From: Myxococcales bacterium
GTDB taxonomy: Bacteria; Myxococcota_A; UBA9042; JABWCM01; BTVJ01
Reading direction: 5' to 3'
DNA: 33,472 bases
Assembly (NCBI GenBank): GCA_045863395.1
Contig: BTVJ01000083.1
Span: forward strand, 1-33,472
The notes beneath the pieces are model-generated. The model saw only the letters and a list, made by a program, of their open reading frames with translations, was not told the DNA's origin and searched no databases. Both the position numbers and the translations under genes were made by a program. Shown here piece after piece: positions 1-10,164 of the stretch; positions within the stretch are counted from its first letter, which is position 1; the number at the start of each line of letters is the position of its first letter.

Positions 1-4
1 GTGG

Positions 5-93
5 GGGGACAAGTATACTCATATCTCATATCCTGGATGCACCCGGGATATGAGATATGTGTATACTTGACCCCATGGTGCTGACCCCATGGT
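5..93. repeat. AT-rich long imperfect palindrome (REP/REPIN- or MITE-like) plus a 12-bp direct repeat
   Basis: Arms 5-36 and 43-74 are reverse complements at 29/32 positions. TGACCCCATGGT occurs at 68-79 and again at 82-93. Confidence 0.8.
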
Positions 94-157
94 CTCGTTG
101 CCTTGCGGGCGGGAACCGTGTAGATCCTCGTCACTTCGTGGGTGACGGGGAGCCAGC

Positions 158-1873
158 ATGCAGGGAGTCCCAGCGGTAGACGGGGGCGGGGTCGCGCGGC
201 GCATCGACGCCCTCGTGCTCCTCGCGATCATCGTCTTCGTGGCGGCTCACTGCCTCGTCAAGTACGAGCCCTACACGTTCATCTTCCGGGACGGGTCCTT
301 CTACTCGCAGACCAACCGCTCCATCGCGCAGGGCTTCACGCTCCGGCAGGAGGAGGTGCAGCCCGGGTCCTGGTACGACGGGTCGCTGCCCTGGTACCGG
401 GACGTGGACAAGTCGTGGAGCAACATCTCGGTGGGGGGAGGAGGGGAGTACTACCCGAAGCACTCCTTCCTGATGCCGGTGATGTCCACTCCTTTCTACT
501 TGCTGCTGGGGTTGCCCGGGCTGCTGGTGTTCAACTGCGTGGCGCTGGTCCTCGGGATGTGGGCGGGCTACAGGCTAGGCGCGCGCTTTGCCGGGGAGGG
601 GGCGTCTGCCGTTGCCACCATGGCCCTGCTGGCGACCCCGCTCGTGCCCTACCTGGCCTACTGCTACAGCTTCGACGTGTTCTACGGCGCCCTGGTCGCC
701 GGGGGGGCCGCGCTCATCGCAGCGCGGTGGGGATTTGCCGGCGGGCTGCTGATGGGGCTGTCCTTGTGGGCCAAGCCGACCAACGTCCTGCTCGCGGGGC
801 CCCTGGTGTTGGCCCTGACCGCGTGGGATCGCCGCTTCCTCGGGCGCCTCGTGCTCGGCGGGGCGATCCCCATCGCGCTGGCGGCCCTGGCCAACGCCGT
901 GATGTACGGCCTGCCCTGGCTGACGAGCTATCACCGGATCCTGGTGGTGGAGGCGGGTGTCCCGAAGATTGTGTCCTTGGGTGGGGAGTTCGACATTCCC
1001 CTCGGTGAGGGGCTACGGCGGTTCTGGAAGGACGCGGACGGCTTCGGGCTGCGGGAGTATGTGTTCCTGCCAGTGGTGGGGTATGTGGGGGTGGTGCCGC
1101 TGGCGGTCTCCCGGTGGTGGCGGGAAGGGCGGGCCGGTGGGGAGTGGAAGGTGGCCCTCGCGCTGCTGGTGTCGATGGTGGGCTTCGGGCTCCTGTTTGG
1201 TCGCTACGTCTATATGTCTGCGCGCTTCTTCATGCCTTGGGTGATGGTCGGAGCGGTGCCCCTCGCGGCGCTCATCGGCGCGTCCCTCTGGGGGGCGGAC
1301 CGGATCGTGCGGTGGGTGGGGCGCCCGGCGGTGCGGCGGTGGGCGGCCTGGGGTGTAGTGGCGGGCCTGCTCGGCGTCACGGTGGCTCGTGCGGCAGCCG
1401 GAGGGGCACCGAGCCTCCACGCCGACGTCGAGCGCCTCGAGGTCACCCTCGCGGGGACGCCCTGCGACTACCTGAACCTGACGCACATGAAGTGGGAGTG
1501 CAGCCGCCGCGAGGCGCGGGGCGGCTATCTGGTCGGTCGCGCGCTCGGCGACCAGTGCGGGCAGTTTGGCGAGCCCATGCTGTGGGCGCCCATGAACCCG
1601 GACGGGCGTGTGCGGGTCTTGCGTTGGACGGTCAGAGAGGACGCTGCAGGCCTCGATCTGGTGTGGGGGCTCGACGAGACCGCGGAGCGAGGAGAGGCGA
1701 CGTTCACGGTCCAGGTGGGGGCAGAGTCGTTCACCGGACGCACCGGCGCTCCCGGGGAGGTGCAGCGACACCGTCTGGAGGTTCCTGTCGTCGAGGGAAC
1801 GCCTGTCACCGTCACGATTCCAGGGACGCGGCACCAGAGGCGCTTCCTGTGCTTGAATGTCGTCGCCCGGTAG
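158..1873 (+). CDS. Multi-pass membrane protein, probable GT-C (ArnT/PMT-like) glycosyltransferase with a C-terminal extracytoplasmic domain
   Basis: 571-aa ORF with many hydrophobic segments. A RDGSFY loop motif follows TM1, KPTN and ARFFMP motifs are present, and the C-terminus is a soluble beta-rich region. Confidence 0.6.
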   Translation: MQGVPAVDGGGVARRIDALVLLAIIVFVAAHCLVKYEPYTFIFRDGSFYSQTNRSIAQGFTLRQEEVQPGSWYDGSLPWYRDVDKSWSNISVGGGGEYYPKHSFLMPVMSTPFYLLLGLPGLLVFNCVALVLGMWAGYRLGARFAGEGASAVATMALLATPLVPYLAYCYSFDVFYGALVAGGAALIAARWGFAGGLLMGLSLWAKPTNVLLAGPLVLALTAWDRRFLGRLVLGGAIPIALAALANAVMYGLPWLTSYHRILVVEAGVPKIVSLGGEFDIPLGEGLRRFWKDADGFGLREYVFLPVVGYVGVVPLAVSRWWREGRAGGEWKVALALLVSMVGFGLLFGRYVYMSARFFMPWVMVGAVPLAALIGASLWGADRIVRWVGRPAVRRWAAWGVVAGLLGVTVARAAAGGAPSLHADVERLEVTLAGTPCDYLNLTHMKWECSRREARGGYLVGRALGDQCGQFGEPMLWAPMNPDGRVRVLRWTVREDAAGLDLVWGLDETAERGEATFTVQVGAESFTGRTGAPGEVQRHRLEVPVVEGTPVTVTIPGTRHQRRFLCLNVVAR

Positions 1874-1876
1874 GCG

Positions 1877-4438
<2,562 letters not shown>

Positions 4439-4480
4439 GGGGGGCGGTTCTAGCCCACGGGGGGAGGGCGGCGCAAGGGG

Positions 4481-4867
4481 TCAGTCGCAGCCGGGGAAGG
4501 CGTCCACGATCTGAATCTTGTAGTCGGGGAAGGCGGAGACCTTCTGCACCTTGAAGTCGGGGAAGGCGTCGACCACCTGCCACGTGCCCGGCCGGTCTGG
4601 GAAGGCGCTGACGAACTTCACCTTGATGTCGGGGAAGGCATCGACGATCTGCACCTTCACGTCCGGGAAGGCGTCCACCCACTGGATCTTGCCGTACAGG
4701 CGGCACTTGGAGGGCAGGTCGGCGGCGGCCGCCTCCGAGCACGCACGCAGCTCCGTAGCGAGGCGCTCGGGGCCGCCAGGGGAGGCATCGCGCAGGTTCG
4801 GAGCGGCGGATACCAGGCTGGCGAGGATGAAGACCGCGGCGCAGGTTACTCGGCGAAGCGCGCTCAT
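4481..4867 (-). CDS. Small exported protein with six V(D/S)AFP(D/G) repeats; DUF6150/septoil-knot-like
   Basis: GGAGG SD precedes ATG 4867. Hydrophobic signal-like N-terminus. C-terminal ~70 aa made of 11-residue repeats with a G-x-W insert after repeat 3. Confidence 0.75.
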   Translation of the reverse strand: MSALRRVTCAAVFILASLVSAAPNLRDASPGGPERLATELRACSEAAAADLPSKCRLYGKIQWVDAFPDVKVQIVDAFPDIKVKFVSAFPDRPGTWQVVDAFPDFKVQKVSAFPDYKIQIVDAFPGCD

Positions 4868-4922
4868 GAGACACCTCCGCGGCACAGGCTACCACGGGTC
4901 ATAGGGCGGATCACCCCGCGCG

Positions 4923-6881
4923 CTACGTGCAGTCCTGGGGACAGATCTGGGGGTTCGCCTTCTCGAACGGGTCGCAGACGCCGTCCCCACACGGCTTTGG
5001 GCCGCCGCCGGCCGCCTTGCAGCTCCCCGCGCCGTTCGCGGTCGACGGTGTCTGCCCGTCGAGCTGGGACAGGACCGCGGCGCCGCGCTCCGCGACAAAG
5101 GCCTGGAGGCCGATGGACAGCGACGGGCCCTTCTGGACGTCGCTGGCCAGGCCCTGCTCGAACTCGGCCTGGGTGTAGAAGAGCACCGGGCTCGCGGCGA
5201 CCGCGGGGCGGATCAGGGCTGCGGACGCCTCGATGCGCGCCGCCATGGCATCCGGGGAGAAGGACCCCTCGACCAGCGCGCGCAGGTGGGCGTGGTACTG
5301 GTCCCGCCACACCGGGACCTGGAGCAGCTTGTGGACCAGAGGCTTGTCGGCCAGCGCGCCGCACGTCGGCTCGTCGATGCGCAGGCCGATGAGGCCGGCC
5401 CGGTCGCAGCCGCAGGTGAAGGTCCCGAAGGCCTCGTTGGTGTCCCAGGGGATTGTCACGATGCGCCCCTCCGACTCATACAAGTAGTAGTTGTGGCCCG
5501 GGCCCAGGTAGGAGTCGAGGTTGGTCAGCAGCGTGTGGAAGGCGAGCTGGAGCAGGGCTCCGTCCACGTCGAGGGCGGCTGAGATCGCTGCCTGGTCGCC
5601 GCCGTCCAGGGCGGTGACCAGCGCCAGGAAGGCGGCGTGGTCCGTCTCCTCGTTCTGCTCCACCTCGATGCCCGGGTAGGCGGACGGGTCCGGCCCCATG
5701 AGCGTCAGATTGCCCGCTGGCGGCTCGGGCTTGTAGAGTGTTCCGTCGCTGGCCGGGAAGTGCTGTGCCAGGAAGTCGTCGTCCACGTGCTCCACCATCA
5801 GGTAGAGCCCCAGGTGCTCGCCGCCCACGGTCAGGTCGACGAAGGTCGTCCGCGGCGCCGGCACACCTGCCTCGCGCATCAGCGCGTAGGCCAGGTGCTC
5901 GCGCAGGAGCGTCGGGTCCTTGAAGCCGTTGTTGAGGTTCAGCTTCTTGACGCCGAGCAAGGTCTGGCCCGGGACGTTGCGGTTCGTGTCCACCTTGAAG
6001 CTCAGGCGGTGGCTGCCCATGGACGCCACGGACTTGAGGCTCGAGTTGCCCTTGGTGCGCACCGCGACGTTCGCGACGGCCAGGCCGTCGAAGATCAGCG
6101 TCGCCGGGTGATACTCCTCGTCCAGCGGCGCTGCCAGGATGGCCGCCCAGTCCTCGGGGGCGAAGACCACCTCGACGGGAACGACGCGGTCCGAGATGAA
6201 GGGAGACGCAGGTGGCGCCTTCGTGAGCGGCTGATTGGGGGCTCCTGGGGTGGGCGTGAGGCTCGTGGGGGCGCCCGTCCCATCAGGGAGCCGGCCGAAG
6301 CTGGTCCCGGCCGGCGCGTCGCCGCTCCACGCCAGGGTGTCGATCACGGTGTCCGCCTGACGGAGCGTCAGGGCGTCGCTGCTCCCCAGCTTGAAGGGCA
6401 GCCAGGGAGACCCGTCCCCGGGGTCCGCTCCAGAGGCGAGGAGCACGAGGTACTCTCCAGGAGAGAGCGAGACGTTGGGGAGCTGGGCCGGAGCGTGCTC
6501 GGCGGAGTCGTCCACCAGGGTCCAGCCGCCCAGGGAGACTGACCCGCCAACGGCGGTCAGCTCCACCCAGTCGGGGCCGCCGTCGTGGGATTTGCACACG
6601 ATCTCGTTGATGGCGAGCACCGCGGGGAGAGCGCCCATGTCCGGGGGAGGCTCCTCGACGTCGGTCGCAGTGACCGTGTCGGCTGGTCCGGGGGGGGCCT
6701 CAGCGGCGTCCGTACCGCCCCCGGTGTCCGAAGGGGGGCCGCCCGGCATACCGTCCGGGACGGTGGCGTCAAGCGTGCTCACGGACACGTCGGTGGCGGT
6801 CGACGCGTCGGCGCCGGCGCCCGGCGCAGGCTCTCCCCCTCCACACGCGGCCAGCAGCGCGAACGCGATCCACCACCTCAT
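4923..6881 (-). CDS. CotH kinase family lipoprotein with a lamin-tail (LTD) domain and a C-terminal Cys-rich motif
   Basis: GGAGG SD, then MRWWIAFALLAAC lipobox. LTD motifs INEI...DWVEL. CotH motifs RTKGNSS, LREHLAY, GLYLMVEHVD, NLDSY, HNYYLY and IPWDTNEAFG. The listed ORF start at 8087 is an over-extension. Confidence 0.88.
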   Translation of the reverse strand: MRWWIAFALLAACGGGEPAPGAGADASTATDVSVSTLDATVPDGMPGGPPSDTGGGTDAAEAPPGPADTVTATDVEEPPPDMGALPAVLAINEIVCKSHDGGPDWVELTAVGGSVSLGGWTLVDDSAEHAPAQLPNVSLSPGEYLVLLASGADPGDGSPWLPFKLGSSDALTLRQADTVIDTLAWSGDAPAGTSFGRLPDGTGAPTSLTPTPGAPNQPLTKAPPASPFISDRVVPVEVVFAPEDWAAILAAPLDEEYHPATLIFDGLAVANVAVRTKGNSSLKSVASMGSHRLSFKVDTNRNVPGQTLLGVKKLNLNNGFKDPTLLREHLAYALMREAGVPAPRTTFVDLTVGGEHLGLYLMVEHVDDDFLAQHFPASDGTLYKPEPPAGNLTLMGPDPSAYPGIEVEQNEETDHAAFLALVTALDGGDQAAISAALDVDGALLQLAFHTLLTNLDSYLGPGHNYYLYESEGRIVTIPWDTNEAFGTFTCGCDRAGLIGLRIDEPTCGALADKPLVHKLLQVPVWRDQYHAHLRALVEGSFSPDAMAARIEASAALIRPAVAASPVLFYTQAEFEQGLASDVQKGPSLSIGLQAFVAERGAAVLSQLDGQTPSTANGAGSCKAAGGGPKPCGDGVCDPFEKANPQICPQDCT

Positions 6882-7007
6882 GCCGTCACCTCCTCGTTCG
6901 AGTACGGTACGCCTGACGGGGACGCATCTCAACGCCGCGCAGGGGCTGGTTGCCCTGCGCAGGCGGCCGTGGCATGGTTGCCCGCGGTGGGAGTCGGAGG
7001 TGACGCG

Positions 7008-8072
7008 ATGCGATCCTGGATGGTGCTCCTCGGTGTGTGCGTGGCTCTGGCGGGCTGCCCGGACGACGGCGCGGTGCCCGATGTGGGAGCGGCGGACGCG
7101 GTCGGCGATGGTGCGAACGATGGCGTGGTGTTCGACGCGGGTGACGTCGCGGCGCCCGGCGACGGTGGCGCGACGGATGACGTGGACGCGGGGCCCGGGG
7201 GTGCCGATGCAGGCGACGGCGCGACGGACGGTGGGGCCGATGGTGCGGCCGACGGTGGCGTCGTGGACGTCTGGGCCGATGCTGGCGTCGACGCTGGTGT
7301 CGACGCTGGCGGGCCACCAGACGCGGGCGGCGACACGAGCGGGCCGTGCCTCGCGGAGGGGACTCCGACCAACGAGGGGGCTGCGATCCCGTGCTGTCCG
7401 GGCCTGGAGGCCCTCAAGACGGTGATGACCCTCCCGGATGGCACGTGCCTGCCTGCCCGGTGCGTCGACTGCCAGATCTGCGTCAAGGGCTGTGGTGACG
7501 GCGCGTGCACCACCGGGGAGGACGCGTGCTCCTGCCCCGCCGACTGTCCTGCGTCGTTCGCCGGCGGGCCTGGCGCTCCTTGTGCCAATGGCGCGGACTG
7601 CGCGGTGGAGGGGGCGTGCCTGCCCGAGGCGTCGGGCTACCCGACGGGCGGCTACTGCACGGGCGGGACCTGCACTCCCGGCGACCCCTGGGACTCGTGC
7701 CCTTCCGGGTCGCTCTGCGTGGGCACCGTCTTCGCTGCGGCCTACCTGTGCATGGCGTCGTGCAACGCCGACGAGGACTGCCGGGTGGGGCTCACCTGCG
7801 AGGCCTTCCCGGAGCTGCCACCGGGCAACGGCGAGTACCTGTGCTGGGAGAGCAGCCTCGGCAAGCCCGGGTCGCAGTCCGGCCATGGGCTCGACGAGCC
7901 CTGCACCGAGGACGCGGACTGTATCTCCCACCTGTGCCTCGCGCACCCCACGCAGGGCGGCAAGGTCTGCTCCGCCTTCTGCAACGACGACAAGCCGTGC
8001 AAGGGGGGGCGCACGTGCTCCCCCATGGGCGGCTGCGGCTTCCCCGGGTGCGGGGCGTGCTTCGCGCTGTGA
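7008..8072 (+). CDS. Cys-rich surface lipoprotein with an Asp/Gly/Ala-rich linker
   Basis: GGAGG SD, then MRSWMVLLGVCVALAGC lipobox. Acidic low-complexity spacer followed by multiple Cys-rich modules, including CGDGAC...CPADC. Confidence 0.8.
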   Translation: MRSWMVLLGVCVALAGCPDDGAVPDVGAADAVGDGANDGVVFDAGDVAAPGDGGATDDVDAGPGGADAGDGATDGGADGAADGGVVDVWADAGVDAGVDAGGPPDAGGDTSGPCLAEGTPTNEGAAIPCCPGLEALKTVMTLPDGTCLPARCVDCQICVKGCGDGACTTGEDACSCPADCPASFAGGPGAPCANGADCAVEGACLPEASGYPTGGYCTGGTCTPGDPWDSCPSGSLCVGTVFAAAYLCMASCNADEDCRVGLTCEAFPELPPGNGEYLCWESSLGKPGSQSGHGLDEPCTEDADCISHLCLAHPTQGGKVCSAFCNDDKPCKGGRTCSPMGGCGFPGCGACFAL

Positions 8073-8114
8073 GGGCTCGGGGCGCATCGGGTGGGTGTGC
8101 CCCGCTCTCGTGCT

Positions 8115-8143
8115 TCGTCACCACAGCGGGGCTGCCGTACAAT
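8115..8143 (+). promoter_or_regulatory. Putative sigma70-type promoter of the S9 peptidase
   Basis: TCGTCA-N17-TACAAT upstream of a GGAGG SD and ATG 8167. Confidence 0.5.
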
Positions 8144-8166
8144 CCCCCCTCACATGGAGGTCGGTG

Positions 8167-10119
8167 ATGTTTCGATGGATTGTGGCCGCTCTGGTCCTGA
8201 TCTCCGTGGAGTCTGCGGCCCAGGACCTCGACGCCGTGGTCGGCGCCCCCCGTGAGGTGCGCACGGACCTCATCGCCCGCGGTATCCCGCCCATCCCGCC
8301 GGCCGTCTCGCAGCGCGTCGCCCCCTACCAGGAGGCTCGCACGGCGGGGTTCGCGAGCTGGGTCCCCGGAGGGGGGACGCTGGTAATCACCCGCTTTGGG
8401 GACACGGCCCAGGTCCACCGCGTGGACCAACCCCTCGGCATGCGGCGGCAGCTCACCTTCGGTCGCGAGCCAGTCTCGGCGGCGTGGTGGGCTCCGTGGC
8501 GAGGGGTCGACGGGTTCCTGTTTCTTCGAGACGTTGGAGGCGCCGAGGCCTACCGCCTGCACCATCAGGACGCCCGTCGCGGAACCGCGACGCCCTTGAC
8601 CGCGGAGGGGGCGAGGACCGTCGGTGTCGTCCTGTCGGAGTCGGGGACGCAGGTGGCCTTCGCCAACACGGCGCGCAACAAGAAGGACCACGACATCTAT
8701 GTGATGGACCTGGCGCGGGACGAGGCTCCGCGGCTCGTGGCGGAGCGGGAGGGGCACTGGGAGCCGCGCGCGTTCTCACCCGACGGCGCGTCGCTGGCGC
8801 TGCTGCGCTACGTGTCTGCCACGGAGGCCGAAGCCTGGCTGCTGGACCTCGCGACGAAGGCGGTGACGCGGGTGGCACCTTCGGCTGCGCCCTGCTACGA
8901 CGAGCCCGTCGCGTTCTCTCCGAGCGGTGACCTGTACCTCGTGTCGGACCGCTTCGCGGAGGTGCGGGAGCTGGCGCTCGCACCGAAGGGGGGCGGTGAG
9001 CTTCGGCGCCTGACCGCGGACATCCCATGGGACGTGGAGAGCGCCGACGTGGCCCCCGATGGCACCCTCGCCTTCGTGGTCAACGAGGGGGGGCTCTCGC
9101 GCGTCGTCGTGCAGCGCGGTGAGGTGCGGTCCCCATTGGGAGACGGTGCCCTCCCGACCGGCGTGATCGGGGGGCTGCGCTTCGATCCCGCCGGCGAGCG
9201 GCTCGCCGTGACCGTGAGCGCGACCCGCACTCCCGGCGACGTGTACGTCCTGACCCTGGCGGATTCCAGCGTCACCCAGTGGACGGCCAGCGAGGCGGGC
9301 GGCCTCGATCCCTCTGGCTTCGTGCTCCCCGCGCTCGTGCACGTGCCCACCTTCGACAGCGTGGACGGAGCGCCGCGCAAGGTCCCGGCCTTCGTGTTCC
9401 GCCCGGAGGGGCCTGGCCCCCACCCGGTCGTCATCTTCATCCACGGTGGCCCCGAGTCCCAGTGGCGCCCTGGCTTCAGCGCGCTCGTCCAGCACTGGGT
9501 CGCGGACCTCGGCATCGCCGTCATCGCGCCCAACGTGAGGGGCTCCAGCGGCTACGGCAAGACGTACCTCGCGCTGGACAACGGCATGCTCCGGGAGGAC
9601 TCCGTCAAGGACATCGGCGCGCTCCTCGACTGGATCGGCACAGACGGTGGCCTGGACCCGAAGCGGGTGGGGGTGTTTGGGGGGAGCTACGGTGGGTACA
9701 TGGTGCTGGCGTCCCTGGCCCGCCACGGAGATCGGATCAAGGCCGGAGCGGAGATCGTTGGAATCTCCAACTTCGTCACGTTCCTGGAGCGCACACAGGA
9801 GTATCGGCGCGATCTGCGCCGGGCGGAGTATGGCGACGAGCGGGATCCGGACATGAGGGCCCACCTGCTCGCCATCTCCCCCACGCAGCTCGTCTCGCGC
9901 ATCCGGTCGCCGCTCTTCGTCGCGCAGGGTGCCAACGACCCGCGCGTGCCCGTCGGCGAGTCGGACCAGATCGCCGCGGCCGTGGCGGGGCAGGGGACCC
10001 CTGTGTGGTATCTGCTGGCGAAGGACGAGGGCCACGGCTTCGCAAAACGGAAGAACCGGGATTACTACTTCGAGGCGCTGACGCACTTCTGGGAGGAGCA
10101 CCTGCTCCCAAAGCCGTAG
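8167..10119 (+). CDS. S9 family (prolyl oligopeptidase/acylaminoacyl peptidase-like) secreted serine peptidase
   Basis: Signal peptide, beta-propeller repeats (FSPDG, FSPSG), IHGGPESQ, nucleophile GGSYGG, GANDPRV (Asp) and DEGHGF (His). Confidence 0.93.
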   Translation: MFRWIVAALVLISVESAAQDLDAVVGAPREVRTDLIARGIPPIPPAVSQRVAPYQEARTAGFASWVPGGGTLVITRFGDTAQVHRVDQPLGMRRQLTFGREPVSAAWWAPWRGVDGFLFLRDVGGAEAYRLHHQDARRGTATPLTAEGARTVGVVLSESGTQVAFANTARNKKDHDIYVMDLARDEAPRLVAEREGHWEPRAFSPDGASLALLRYVSATEAEAWLLDLATKAVTRVAPSAAPCYDEPVAFSPSGDLYLVSDRFAEVRELALAPKGGGELRRLTADIPWDVESADVAPDGTLAFVVNEGGLSRVVVQRGEVRSPLGDGALPTGVIGGLRFDPAGERLAVTVSATRTPGDVYVLTLADSSVTQWTASEAGGLDPSGFVLPALVHVPTFDSVDGAPRKVPAFVFRPEGPGPHPVVIFIHGGPESQWRPGFSALVQHWVADLGIAVIAPNVRGSSGYGKTYLALDNGMLREDSVKDIGALLDWIGTDGGLDPKRVGVFGGSYGGYMVLASLARHGDRIKAGAEIVGISNFVTFLERTQEYRRDLRRAEYGDERDPDMRAHLLAISPTQLVSRIRSPLFVAQGANDPRVPVGESDQIAAAVAGQGTPVWYLLAKDEGHGFAKRKNRDYYFEALTHFWEEHLLPKP

Positions 10120-10164
10120 CGGCGCCCCGAGGGTGGCTGAGGGGGCGTCAGGACCGTCAGGAGG

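Noticed and set aside
4487..4693. ~33-bp periodic DNA repeats resembling a CRISPR array
   Set aside because: The repeats are in-frame codons for the VDAFPD protein repeat, with synonymous variation, no unique spacers and no cas genes.
6882..8087. N-terminal ~400 aa of the listed 1054-aa CotH ORF
   Set aside because: It is antisense to the Cys-rich lipoprotein gene, and a strong SD plus lipoprotein signal marks the real start at 6881.
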